A stretch of DNA of 55,773 nt, filler included, from Circinaria calcarea (GCA_051942165.1; 4 parts of 4 records of this genome joined end to end with filler, not necessarily neighbours in it), one strand, 5' to 3'. Positions 13,230 to 26,000 are shown, counted from the first letter of the whole stretch. Program-made: numbers and translations. The notes: a model not told the origin generated them from the sequence alone.

Positions 13230-13872
13230 ATGGCCCCTCCAACTCGAGCGATCACCGCAAAACTTTCCTCAGGCTCCCTCATCCTTTCCCCTTCATCCTC
13301 CTCTCTTCAAGGCTCTCACAGCTCCTCCTTCTCCCCGGCGCCCACCTCCCTCTCCTGCTCAACCTCCCAATCCCCCTCCCCCGAATGGCCCACCACACGC
13401 CTCAGATACTCCGACGTCGCTCGCGCGGACTACAAGGCCGCCAAAGCATCCACCCCGCTCGTGCCCGCCACCCCTGCAACTGCGACCACCAAGGCTACCG
13501 GTAGCCACCCGCGGAACCCAGAAAACCGGTCATCACTGGTATCCGCCAAGCCAGAAGGCGTAAGGGTGACACCCCCCTCCCGCAAACCCGCCACCCCGAC
13601 GTCCCGGACCGAAACTGTCCTTCCCCTCTCGCACGCACCCATCCCCACGCACGTTTCCGGCAACGGCGTCTGGGGCGATGGCACCTGGGGGGCCGGCATC
13701 TGGGGCCCCGCCAACGACAAACTGTGGGAACGCGCCATCTGGGAGTTTCGGCTCGCGACGGCATGGATGACGAAGCCGACGCGAGAAATGTCGCGGAGCG
13801 GGATGCTGGTGGAGGATTCGGAGGGTTTGCCGAGCGGGACGGCGGACGGGGAGGAAGGGTGTAGGTGGGGGG
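13230..13872 (+). CDS. Hypothetical S/P/T-rich protein, truncated at contig end
   Basis: ATG ORF preceded by TATAAGTA (about 13107) and a C/A-rich leader. It stays open for at least 214 codons until the spacer and contains a GVWGDGTWGAGIWG motif. Confidence 0.5.
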
Positions 13873-13972
13873 NNNNNNNNNNNNNNNNNNNNNNNNNNNN
13901 NNNNNNNNNNNNNNNNTTAATTAATTAANNNNNNNNNNNNNNNNNNNNNNNNNNNNNNNNNNNNNNNNNNNN
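13873..13972. other. Artificial contig-joining spacer
   Basis: 44 N + TTAATTAATTAA (stops in all six frames) + 44 N. Confidence 0.98.
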
Positions 13973-16916
13973 GCTGTTCACTCAATGGGACTTCTGTAGA
14001 CTCTGAGAGTATAGTCGTAATTGTCGTCCCCAGGGAAGCTATCGTGGCCGCAGTATCAGATAAAGTCACAGCAGTCTGAACAGCCGAGGATGCTGCTGAG
14101 GAGTCCGCCGTACTCATAGCTGACGAGATTGGTAAGGTGGTTGTCTGTGTCTCGGCTGCGACATTAGACGAAAGGGGTGGGGTTGGCCCAGACGAATCTA
14201 GGGTGCTAATATCGGGTGGCATAATTGTTGATGTCGATTCCAGCTCCGTAGTGGGGACGCTAACTGTGTCGGCACTCTCCGACTCTACCACTGTGAGACT
14301 AGGGGTCGAGACCATCTCGGATGAAGTGATCGTCTCGAGTGATATGGTTGTCACGGATGGAGTAGTAGCCTCGGTGCCTGATGTCAACGAGAGGGGCGAA
14401 GAGGTTGACAATAACGATTGAGGTGGGATAGTCGGAAAGATGAATGTCGTGGAGGAATTTACCGCTGTGCTTATAGCTGTAGCTGATTCCAAAGCAGTAC
14501 CCTTTGAAACTGTTGTGGAATTTATAGGAACAGGCTGCACTCCGATGTTGTCGGCTTTGATAATATCAGCAGCCTGTAAGTCAAATTAGTAAATATCAAA
14601 ATTTCATTTGTCAAAATTTGCTACCTTTTCTGCTACACCATAAACGACAGCTTGTAAATGAGCCGCAGGAACCATAGGAAAGATACCTGCATCGACAACT
14701 CTCAAATTTCTTGTGCCCCATACCCGTAGACGTGGATCGACTACTCCACCTTGGGCAATGGGCAGCATGGCACATGTGCCACTCGGGTGGAACTCTGTTC
14801 GTATACCGTTGTTGATCACTTGGCTGAGAGCATCCTCGTTCGCGTCGACTGGAGGAACAAACTGAGCCGGTTGCAATTCTACCATCGGTGGCGTGGCAAG
14901 AATCTCACGATTAAAGAGAAGAGCTTCAATGAGAATTTGCCTGTCGACCGGGTTACTAAGCCATCTCGGGTCTATCAGGGGAGGCTCGAAAGGATCGGGA
15001 GAGTTGATGTGGCATGTTCCTCGAGAAAACGGGTGCATGACTGCTACTGTCAAACTACCGGCGTTGTTGTTGATAATCTCATAAGCGGCTGAGGTGTTGG
15101 TGCCTAATCGCTCGACCAAGGATGCCTTCTGGGCAGAGAAGCCGGCGACGATGGTGGAATCCAATCCAGGTACAAGATGATCTGTTGGCGCCTGGTTGTT
15201 TGCTCCGTCCAAAATTATTGCCGAATTGTTACTAATGAGCGGGAGCGGTGGGAAAGCAAGACCGTTGGGAGATCCTGCGGTCCAAGGACCTGTCTCTGTC
15301 TATCAGCTTTGTGCTCACTCACAAGATATTGGTATCATACCGGTTTTGTGAGTATTGTACTCGACCCCAGCTTCGGCATTGTAGGTTGCATTTGTAGTAA
15401 GCAGCGAAGGCGACGGATAGCTAACATTATTGTCTAAGTTTGGTTAGCGGTAATTGGATATATATCTCATCGACATCGACCTACATGGATAAAATGTACC
15501 CACGAGACAATGGTCTTGAAGATTGTTCCCGACGCCAGGAAGATCTAACGATACCGTAATGTTGAAATTCTCAAGGAGCGATGCAGGTCCAATGCCTGAT
15601 AATTGGAGTATCTGCGCTGAATGCAGGGCCCCGGCCGCAACGATGACTTCTCGGGTGGCATAAACTGTTCGACGTGGTGCGGTGGCATTTGGGGCAAACT
15701 ACAAGAATTTAGGTGTGGCTCGGAAAACTGGAGTTTTATTCTCACCTCTACACCTGTAACGCGGAGATTTGATGTTGCTGGATCTCTGCGAATTATACTC
15801 GCACTCGCCTGCTCATTAGGTGGCGTCGGTGGAGGTCCTCCCCCAGGACCGAATCCAAATCCTCCAGTGTTTCCAGAGGCAGGGCCGTTACCGTTGACAT
15901 TACCTCCAGAGCTGGGATTGCTAGCCACGTCATCTCCCGTGTTACCCTCTATTAAAATCTGCGTCACTTGTTGCCCTGTGATGACGTGGAAGTTCTTCCT
16001 TGTCGCGTAAGGATCAAAGTAGCTCCTGCGAGCATCGGCACGTGTCTGGTTAATCGGGTCAATATCGGTTGGAACGAGAGCAGCACCTGCTGTCAGACCG
16101 TCGTTAGGATCAAACGCCGTAGGGACCCCGAGTAAGTTGAGCGCAGCGAACAGGTTTCCTATAGTACGTTTAACCTGTGGGGATTCAAGGATTCCCTCTT
16201 CAATTGTAACTTACTTGACTGCGGATAGAAATACTTGGGATAGCTGACCGCGACTGGTCCAGAGAAACCGTGAACGTCAGGGTTGTAGTTGATCGAATAG
16301 TTCCGGGCAATCTCCTCCGAATAAACTGGGGTATACGTTTCGCTCTGATAAGGGGGAAAAATCAGACTATGATGAGTGGGCTGGAGGAGGATGTACTTGC
16401 CTTCTTGAAATAGGGAAGGAGGCTGTCCCAGCCCCAATCTGGATTTCCCAATGCTTCCCATGCGTCATAGTCATCCCGACCTCCACGATTCCAGCACATG
16501 GCATTCAGTATACTGCCGCCGCCAAGAACTTTGCCTTGAGGCATCGGTCTTGCTGCTCCATCAAGTTGAGTTTGCGGTACCGTAGACAACTTCCAGTCGT
16601 AGATGCCTCCTATATCTGCTCCAACATATACTGGATTTTGAATGATGGATTCGTAGTGGTCCCTGCTAAGTTTAGTAAAGCTCACGGGTTCGTGCACAGG
16701 CATACCTTACGCTATGCCAGCTTCAATACAAAGGACAGTGACAGAAGGATCCTCGGATAACCTGTTGGTGACAACAAGCCCGCTGATACCGCAACCGACG
16801 ACGATGTAGTCGTACGCCTCCTGCGGTGGCACGTTGGTATCTCGATCAAGGAGAAGTCCGCCGGAGACACGGAAGAAAACCGACGAAGCCAGAAAGGCAA
16901 ATTTTACGGGTAACAT
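13973..16916 (-). CDS. Secreted GMC oxidoreductase (AA3_2-like) with S/T-rich C-terminal extension; multi-exon, 3' end truncated
   Basis: Hydrophobic N-terminus, FAD motif [12 protein letters not shown]...[40 protein letters not shown] and [11 protein letters not shown]. Catalytic residues appear in [11 protein letters not shown] and PAAHLQA, plus [11 protein letters not shown]. After AADIIK comes about 190 aa of S/T-rich sequence. Confidence 0.92.
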
Positions 16917-18413
16917 AATGCAAGAATTCGGAAGGAAACGACTTTTGCGTGGTTGAGAGGGTGAAGAAATGACTGCACCCTTGACTAACGCCTACCAAAA
17001 GCCGAGCGAGGGTGACGACGAAGGTGGGATGAGAGTACTGAGATGCCAAGAAGACAAAGACTCTTTAAAGTGTTGACGTTCTGGTCTCGCTAAGCGGCCG
17101 GGTCCGTGTTAGGGCTAAGAATGTTTTCGAGTGCCACCTTCTTCTGGCCAACTCGACGTTTCAACACATGAAATACGGATCTGGAGCTCTCGTCGAGCCG
17201 TCCTGCGATCTATGGTAAGATTCCATCGTGATCGACTTGGTTTCATAGCATCACACAGTGCTCGGAGTTTTCTCGCATCTCGAACTAAGCCGCGGTAAAC
17301 GGGAGTCTCCTGTTGGCGGATACTTGGGCTGCAGGAAACACGATATCTACATCATAGAGAGAGCGCCCCCGAGGCTACATCTGGCTTCACGTTGCACCCC
17401 TTCATTGCATTCTCATCTAAGGAGAGCTTTTCCTACCTCGTTAATCGTTTTTGCTCGTCCAGGGACACCCTCAGATGCAAAGGCTTCTGCTCTGATTGAC
17501 CGTTCGGACCAGTGAAAGCGGGCAAGAGAGGCTAGATGTAGGCTGCCAGTTGCAAATGGCATACTTCTCAAGTACCGATCTCAGTCAGACAGAACCGGAG
17601 GCCACCTAGACCAGTAGTTGCTCCTGGTGCTGTTGCACAACGCCCGGATGCTGCGTGTCGAGATATGCAATCGACCGCAAAGATGGCTGTGCCTCCCGTC
17701 GGTCCTTTCCCATGTGACCTATCTGGAAGTTGCCATCAGATTTCCGCTCGGCCAATGGGGGTCCTTTTGACGACACAGCTCCAGGACATATCGTTCGGAT
17801 CTCGTTGATGGTCCTACATGAGGTCCACGCGCTCTCCCCAAGTCTCCAAGTGGTGCCACTCAACATCGTGTATTGATGTGGCACTGTAGTCTAGAACCCA
17901 TTCTGTATCACTCGGTCGAGCGCGGTATGAGCCCTGACTGCATATCTACCTTCCATTGCGATCTTTTGCCTCGTAGGTTTGTGTTACCGAGAGCGCTATC
18001 TCATACAAAATTAGAAGTTTATTGGACGAGGTACCCCTGAGAGTTTGATAAATTACGATTAGCTAAGCCGCGACCATCCACTTGTGGTTGGGCCTGCCTG
18101 TGCATTTTCAGCAGTAATATAAGAAGCATCAACACAGCAGAGCACCGAGAAATGGTATCTCCGCTATTCTGTAGGCTGAGCGTCCATGTCGGGCTTACAA
18201 GTGTCTCGAGTTGTGCTTTGAAGACACGGCTCTGGAATGTGTCATCAGGAGTCAAGTCCCAAAAGACATATCTTGAATTCTCCCGCACCTCGTTAGTGGG
18301 AATATAGGGCGTTTCAACCTCCACTTCAACACCTATGAACGATTTTTAAACGCCTTGGCTATTCTAGATAGGGCTTGGGGACCGTGTAATGTATAGAGTG
18401 AGCAGACTTCATC

Positions 18414-20741
18414 ATGTTGCATGAACTACTCCTCGCTCTGTCTGGTCATCCATCTCCTCTACTTTCAAATAGCAAGGAAAACGAACCCCTCTCTCCCCTC
18501 CTCTCCTCCTCTGAAGAAGCTTTGTTGAGATCGATCGCAAATCTGGGGAACCTTCACATCGAAATACGACAGTCTGCTTCCCAGACATCGTCTTCTCATC
18601 CTTCAATCGTCTGTCGAGCCGTTTCCACGGCCATTGTCTCTACCTACCTAGGAAGATTTCAAGAGAGAATCCTAAGCATCGAAAGTGGCATCTTACAGGA
18701 AGATGCAAGCTTTGTAGGAGCTTACAAAACAGTACCACTATCAGGGGTAGTTGGCGCTTTTGATGGCTGGGAGCGAATACTGCAATGGCTCAATCGAATC
18801 ACTCAATTCATTCAAAGCAATGACAGCTGCTTCGGGCATGTAGCTGAACATGGGTCAGCCGCAGCAAAACAACATACCTCAGGTGCTCAGCTTATCAACA
18901 GGTTACGTGATGAAGCAAAGACAGGCTACCCAGATATTGAGCAGGTAGCCCTTGGTCTGGTTGAGGTTGCCGAGTCAGCTTGGTTAAGACAGCTCTCCGC
19001 CTGGGTCCTGTACGGTCGTTTGCCGACCTCTGGGATGACTGGAGACTTGTTCATCCAAGACCAAGGGGAAAATGGACCGGATGCCTTCTCCTGTGAGGTC
19101 CACAAGAATAAGTATCCTAGCTTCGTCACTTCTACGACCGCGAACTCGATCCTCTTCATTGGCAAATCCATCAACCATATAAGGAGTAAGTTACCGAGTG
19201 TTCTAGATGCTGGTACGAGCGTATCAGACACTCACCAATCGTCTTTACTGGCCATTCATCTCAACTACCTCTCATCTCTTAAACATCCGATCTCTTCAAC
19301 GAAGTTCTCTCAGGTGATCGGTGCCATTAGGAATTCCCTGTCACAAAACGCTTTGCAAAAGTTGCTTCCGCTCTCTGATTTTCTTCGGGTGCTCTGTGTG
19401 CTTCGAGGCTACTTTCTATTGGAGCGCGGCGAATTCGCCATAGCTCTTATCGCATCGGCTGATAACAGTCTATCTTCAAAGCACCAGCAGAATACTGTCG
19501 AGACTCACCAGAAGAGCGCTCACCGCCTTGGAGGTATCCTGATCAAAGAAAGCGAAGTCGCCGCGACACTTACACGCACATGGGCTGCATTAGCAGCATT
19601 GCAGAGTGACGAGGATGATGATGCTGATGAGACGATGGATCTGGCTCGCGAGCTCATGTGCCTATCAATCAGAAGAGAGAGAAATCCATCAGCCAAACCT
19701 TCACTTACGTCTCTCCCAGGGAGTCTGAGCAAGCTCCGTGAAATTCGGACCACGTTCTATGATGTCTTGCTCGCTACGCCAACGGTTCTTTCCATTGCCG
19801 TTAATTCTCCTCAGGATTTGTTCCTCACACCTGACGATGTGGAATTTTACTCGCAGATTCATGCGTATCTTCTTTCGATTCGCCGAGCTCATCTGCATCT
19901 TACCAATTTATGGAAGCTTTCGGTTCTACGAAGAGAATTGTCTGCCATTAAAGACTCATCTACAAATAGCCAGCAGCTTAGATCAGACTCATTCAATCGT
20001 GTACGGAAGCATAATAGTAAACGCACAAGAAGCATGAGAAGGGTATGGGCGCTAATTGGATCCGCGGTTTATTTTTTAGCGGAGCTTGGAGAGTACTTCC
20101 AAGGCGAAATTGTCACAAGCTCGTGGACCGAATTCTTTACATGGCTGGACCCCTCTACCCAGAAGGCAGGAATGAAGGATAGAACTATTCTTCAAAGTTC
20201 AACGATCATAGATTCAAATGCCACAGGTAGTAGACCAGATTCGTCTTCCTCCGCCAGAGCTACAACATCTTACAACCAACCTGTCAACCTGAAACCCGCG
20301 CAGGACCCTGAATCTTTGATGCTTGCTCACAGGCGCTATCTCACTGCCATGGTCCATGGACTCCTCCTCGATGACCAACTGTTCACCCAGGCCCTGAGAG
20401 GTCTGATGCAGAAGCTCGATCACCTTGGGGCGTTGATGGGAGGCCTCAGCGCCGCACAAAAAGCAGTAGATCCAAGGTGCCAGAACCTATCATACCAGGT
20501 AGAAGAGGAAAGTAAACTGATGCGCAGTCTGTACGAGGTGTGTGCTAGTGTCGAGACTGATATACATGGCTTGGTGGGTAGGTTGCGAGATATCAACATG
20601 GAAAGGCTCAGCGAGGACCTACACGCTCCCCTGAGTGGATACACAGGAGGGTTTGACTTTGTTCCGTACAAAGGGAATGGAGTCGATCGACTTTTATTGA
20701 AGTTAGACTCTTTAGGTCTTCATGATATGGCAACAACCTGA
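18414..20741 (+). CDS. GCP4: Gamma-tubulin complex component, GCP4-like (Spc97/Spc98 family); intronless
   Basis: Begins MLHELLLALSGHPSPL and contains WLRQLSAWVLYGRLP, SILFIGKS, YFLLERGEFA and terminal RLLLKLD. Confidence 0.85.
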   Translation: MLHELLLALSGHPSPLLSNSKENEPLSPLLSSSEEALLRSIANLGNLHIEIRQSASQTSSSHPSIVCRAVSTAIVSTYLGRFQERILSIESGILQEDASFVGAYKTVPLSGVVGAFDGWERILQWLNRITQFIQSNDSCFGHVAEHGSAAAKQHTSGAQLINRLRDEAKTGYPDIEQVALGLVEVAESAWLRQLSAWVLYGRLPTSGMTGDLFIQDQGENGPDAFSCEVHKNKYPSFVTSTTANSILFIGKSINHIRSKLPSVLDAGTSVSDTHQSSLLAIHLNYLSSLKHPISSTKFSQVIGAIRNSLSQNALQKLLPLSDFLRVLCVLRGYFLLERGEFAIALIASADNSLSSKHQQNTVETHQKSAHRLGGILIKESEVAATLTRTWAALAALQSDEDDDADETMDLARELMCLSIRRERNPSAKPSLTSLPGSLSKLREIRTTFYDVLLATPTVLSIAVNSPQDLFLTPDDVEFYSQIHAYLLSIRRAHLHLTNLWKLSVLRRELSAIKDSSTNSQQLRSDSFNRVRKHNSKRTRSMRRVWALIGSAVYFLAELGEYFQGEIVTSSWTEFFTWLDPSTQKAGMKDRTILQSSTIIDSNATGSRPDSSSSARATTSYNQPVNLKPAQDPESLMLAHRRYLTAMVHGLLLDDQLFTQALRGLMQKLDHLGALMGGLSAAQKAVDPRCQNLSYQVEEESKLMRSLYEVCASVETDIHGLVGRLRDINMERLSEDLHAPLSGYTGGFDFVPYKGNGVDRLLLKLDSLGLHDMATT

Positions 20742-21297
20742 TGCGGCCTGCGCTGTAGCAATTCTTCGGGCCCAAAAGTAAAAAGATGGTCTGGGCAACT
20801 GAAACGTGGAGTATGAAAAATTCGTGGCTTGAGGACATGAAGCATAAAAATAGCATGATAACCTGGGAGGTTTCCAAGAGGTTGTATATTGGGCTTCTGG
20901 ACATGCTGGATCTACATTCGACAGCCCTTGGATGACTCGGCGGAGACTACCATGGCGCTGGATGAGGATTCCTAAAGTTGATCCCTGTGGCCTTGCAGAG
21001 GACAGCCGGGACGGTTCCAAGTAACGGATCGGTACTGCAGCACCTGGTCTTGAAGACCTTTGCAAGATGTTAATCCTTCACGGACTCGAAGTATATGGGA
21101 ACACGGAGAGTCTGTAAAGGCGCTAGGCAGCCATATCTTAAGTACCACATAGGCCATTCACACATCGTAGACAATTGAATAATGAGAAGCTACCTTGCGC
21201 CGGCCACGCTAATGCTCACGTCCACGCTCCACGTAAATGCTGCAAAACAGTACTGGAAGAGAAAGCTATAATAGAAGCCTGAGAAGATGAGCTGAAC

Positions 21298-22391
21298 TCA
21301 ATGGTCCGGTGGTCCAGCAGGCAGAACCTCATTGGGATCAACACCCATTTCTTGGCCCACCCTCTGTACCACCTGCCTCAGTGCAGAGCATGCCGGACTC
21401 TCGGGGAAATTGTCAAAGAAACTTTCTCCGTAATCACAGGCCATACCGATCCGTGGATCTAACGGTACAGCGCCGAGGAACGGAATACGCGTTTCTTTTG
21501 CCAGTTTCCTTGCACCACCGGTTGTAGCCTTGAAGATTTGCGATTTGTGTGTACAGTTGGGACACACGAACCCGGACATGTTCTCCACAATACCCAAGAC
21601 CCTGATACCTGCTTTGCGGCAGAAATCGATTTCCTTCCTGACGTCTAGGAGACTGACTTCTTGGGGCGTGGTTACAACCACTGCGCCGTCGACACCCGAT
21701 TCTTTGAGAAAGGAGTTGACACTTAGATGTTCGTCGCTTGTGCCCGGGGGCGTGTCAACGAGTAGGTAATCTAGTTCACCCCATTCGACGTCTTTGAGGA
21801 ATTGCTTGATCAGTCCGTTTTTCTTGGGTCCGCGCCATATTACCGCGTCGTCTCTATTGGGCAGCATGAACTGCACGCTCATGACTCCGAGGTTATCGGC
21901 CACCCAGACAGGGCTCCAGCCTGCGTTGCTGACGTGTATGGTTTCTGCTTCCACACCCATCATCTTGGGTATGCTCGGGCCGCAAATATCGGTGTCCATG
22001 ATCCCTACCATACTATCGGGGTTGGAAGCGAAGGCGTGGGCGAGCATAGTAGTAAAAGTTGATTTGCCCACGCCGCCTTTCCCCGACAAGACGAGAATCT
22101 TATGCCTGATGCCGGCTAGACGTGCTGTGATGAGGGGGATGTCTGGATCTGGGCCTTTTGGTGCGGTGGCGCATATAGCCTGGTTGGGGCAGCCGGCGCA
22201 TGCATCGCCCTTTCCCGCGAGGTTGGATTCAGGGCCGGGACAGTGTTCTGTACGGGTCAGCGAGATGATGAGAGTGGGATGAGAGATAGATAAAAGCACG
22301 CCTTACCTGGCTCAGGAGCAACGAGCTTGGGGGCCACTTTGAGAGGTGCATCAAGGTCTACTTGGGTAGGCTCTTCAAGTGACGGCGCCAT
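21298..22391 (-). CDS. NBP35: Cytosolic Fe-S cluster assembly factor Nbp35; 2 exons
   Basis: MAPSLEE...[11 protein letters not shown]...[10 protein letters not shown] ferredoxin-like motif, deviant Walker [19 protein letters not shown] and C-terminal CPNC. Intron 22306-22248. Confidence 0.96.
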
Positions 22392-22517
22392 CCTCCCGTT
22401 TTCTTCTTTCAAAGGCGTTACGTGACGCTTGTAAAGTGGCGTCCGAACGCATCGAATTTCTACCTTAGGTAAGAAATTGCACAGGACCGTGTAAAGAGTT
22501 CCATTGGTAGTAGCCCG

Positions 22518-22536
22518 ACGGAGTAGTGTACTCCGT
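22518..22536. promoter_or_regulatory. Perfect 8-bp inverted repeat ACGGAGTA-gtg-TACTCCGT (CGG-N11-CCG) in the NBP35/CHO2 divergent promoter
   Basis: Read directly. The triplet spacing matches Gal4-type Zn2Cys6 sites; function is inferred. Confidence 0.4.
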
Positions 22537-23039
22537 AGGAATGATGGCTACGGATGACATGATGTACAGTACACCCCATGGAATAGCGTGCTATATAATA
22601 CTCTTGCAGCCGAGAGTATTAGTCCGAGTAAGCGACCCCCCACCACAATAGTACCTAACCTTAATTAGGGTTCAACCGTCTTCAGTGGCAGGGGTTTGGC
22701 GAAGAGGGGCACTGAATTGATATTATGATGTTATCCAACGATGCCGCAGCCTTTGGTGCAGTACAACATTGGCCAATGCCACCACCACCGCCACATAATC
22801 ACCGTATACTCAACTAGTATCCTACTCGGCTACGTGTCAATGGCTTTCGAGAACTGTCGCGGCTGGGAATCATCTTACGCTTTGTCCTATCTTGCAATTG
22901 AGTACCGTGTGGCATCTCTCTTAACACAAGGCAGTAGCCACAGTCTGGAGCTGTCTCTGACACTGCTTGACCCGCCAACTGTAAACTTCTCTTGTCCAGA
23001 CGAAGATACCGCCAAAGCACCCGCGATTCCGAAAACGAA

Positions 23040-26000
23040 ATGAGTCAGGAAGCCCCAACAAATGGCGTCGATGGTGCTGGACTTCGCGAGAGAAATACCC
23101 CACAGCGGGCTCCCACAGCAGAAGCAGCCAAACAGGCCGTGCTGGATCTCCATGCCGAGGAATACCACTCCGGAAAAAATGCGGAAGACAGGAAGACGTT
23201 TGGCAGAACGCCAGATGGAGTAGGTAAGTCGCCAGTCTGCAGTTACTCGGGTCATTGCAGCTTACCTTTTAATGAAACCGCTGCGGAAGACGTTTCGAAC
23301 GAATTCATTCTGTTTTTCTGTGTGGTCTGGAACGATCAGCGTTTGGCTGACTCAAGTCATCAGTCTTCACGGTCCCACAGACGCACGATATGGTGTCCCA
23401 GCTTCTCTCTCCTAGCCAGCCAAAGAACTTTTCCGACATCCTAGTGCTCGCCATACTAGGTCTTCATTTCCTTGCCATTTATTTACTTCCAGCATCCTGT
23501 CGCATACCATGTTTTGCCGTCATTTTCCTCCTCTGGCGCGGGTGCTATAATGTTGGGATCGGTTATCTACTTTATATTCAATCAAACCATCGCAGATTGG
23601 TGACTTGGGCTAAGAAACTTAGAATCTTCGTGGACCCCAAGACTGGCGAGAACCCAAATCCGTTCATGTACAGAATCATCAAGCGAGAACTAGAGACCAA
23701 AATACCCAAAGACTACAAATTCGAGGAGGCTCCCGTCGAGTATAATACATGGCTTCTATTTCGCAGAGCCGTTGATTTGATATTGATGTGCGATTTCATC
23801 TCGTACTGTTTGTTTGCCCTAGCTTGTGGCGGGAGACCTGTGGATGAAAGCATCATCATGACTGCTACGCGCTGGGTGACAGGATGGGGCCTGGTGGGTT
23901 TCAATCTCTGGGTGAAGCTAGATGCCCATAGGGTTGTCAAAGACTATGCATGGTACTGGGGCGACTTCTTCTATCTCATCGATCAGGAACTGACATTCGA
24001 CGGCGTCTTTGAGATGGCACCGCATCCTATGTACTCGGTGGGGTATGCAGGATATTATGGCATTTCGTTGATGGCCGCTAGCTACAAAGTCCTCTTCATC
24101 TCCATCATCGCCCATGCCGCTCAGTTCGCATTCTTGGTATGGGTGGAGAATCCTCATATTGAAAAGACGTACAATCCCCCACCCCCGCGAAGCCGTGCGT
24201 CTGTTCCTGAGGCTCAGTACGGTGACTCACACGACGTGGTGGTCGCTCACGACGATGATACGCCCCCGGTGCCATTAGCCTCTGCTGTCCAACCATCTCC
24301 TGTGCATAATCTCATGGGCTTTCGTAATCTAGATCTGTATAGGATTACAGACATTTCGGTCACTCTCCTGCAACTCCATCTACTCGCTCTCACTGTGTCG
24401 ACACCATCGACACCCTTCTATCAAACGTTATTCGTTGTGAATGCCGCATTCTGGCGTTTGTGGTACTCCTTAGGGATCGGATATCTACTTGACCGCCAGT
24501 CCAACAAAAAGAAGTGGACCAGACACTTTCTCAAGTACGGAGAAAGCACAGAAGAGGCATGGAGACAATGGAAGAGTACCTATCACCTCAGCATGACAAT
24601 GTGTTACGCAAGCTTTGCGGCGGCAGCGTGGAAAATGTATTCTCTGCCTCCTGATTGGGGTTATGGAACAGTCCTCTTGAAGCATGTCCTGGGCGCCAGC
24701 CTTATCTCATTACAGGTCTGGACTGCTGTTAGTATATACGAGTCACTCGGGGAGTTTGGATGGTTTTTCGGGGATTTCTTCTTTGACCAGGCACCAAAAC
24801 TTACGTATAGCGGAATCTATCGGTTCTTGAATAACCCTGAACGAGTCATCGGTGTAGCTGGAGTCTGGGGCGCCGCTTTGATTAGCGGGAGCAGTGTCAT
24901 TTTCTTCCTTGCTTTGCTGAGCCATGTACTGACACTGACGTTCATCCAATTTGTTGAGCGTCCCCATATGCAGAAGCTTTACGGTCAGAGCCTGAGAAGA
25001 GAGTCTGGCCTTGTCAGGAGCTTGAAACGATCTCTGCCCCCACCGCTCCGCCAGTGGCAGGGCAGCATGGACAGGCTACTCGGTGAGACGGTTGACTTTG
25101 TCGAGGACTTTATTGACGCCGCGCGTCCCAAACTCGCTGCTGGGGTTAGTACTTTCGTCAAGGACTCGACAGCTCTCTTCAAACACCCGACACGTATTAG
25201 CATAACACGACTGGCTCCCGATCTAGCGGGCTATGACCCCCGAGACTACTCTATCGAAATCGAACGAGCGCCGCGGTCCGCCCGGTCGCTCTATGAGGGT
25301 CATAGCCCCGTCGCCGAGCCAACCGAGGGTGATGGTTATGAAGGTCGGCCTGAGTTCAAGACGCTGAAGTTTGAGTACGGTGTGCCGATTCGATTACGGT
25401 GGACTGCTCCGCTAAACCATAGCAAGAAAGACTGGATTGGACTATACATGGTTGCCGACAACGCATCGCGTGAAGTTACCCGTCTCGCTTCACAAGGCCG
25501 ATGGATTGCCACCAACGCAGATCGGTACGACTCGGCAACTTCGGATCGGGGTATCCTAACCAGTGACATCCGCCTTTCCGGTACGACCCGACGCGACGGC
25601 AGCTCCACCGACTACATGACGGGGCAGATGGAGTTTTCGGGCGATAAGCTCTGGTGGACGACCGGGGTGTTTGAGTTCCGATACCACCACAATGGAAAGC
25701 ACAACGTCATGGCCATCTCTCAGCCTTTCAAGATAACCATCAGGAGGTTCGACGAAGATGATGTCGAGGTGGATGCCAACGGCATGATCAGGGGCGCCGT
25801 GGAAAACGCCTTGTTGCCCTTGGTGAGGGATTGCTTGGACCGAGATCCCGAGATTGCTCCGAACACGGTGCAGGAGGCATTCGGCAGCTTAGTCGAGAGG
25901 GACGGTAAATATGCCAAGAGAGTGGTGTACGGGGTCCATCAGATGTGAGGCTCCTCGCCCTCGTCTTTCTTGACTCGTGGGACTTGTGGGACTGACACCG

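Noticed and set aside
13917..13928. TTAATTAATTAA palindrome (also 27888-27899 and 41856-41867) as a biological site or piggyBac TTAA target
   Set aside because: It is centred in identical N runs and is a six-frame-stop linker added during concatenation.
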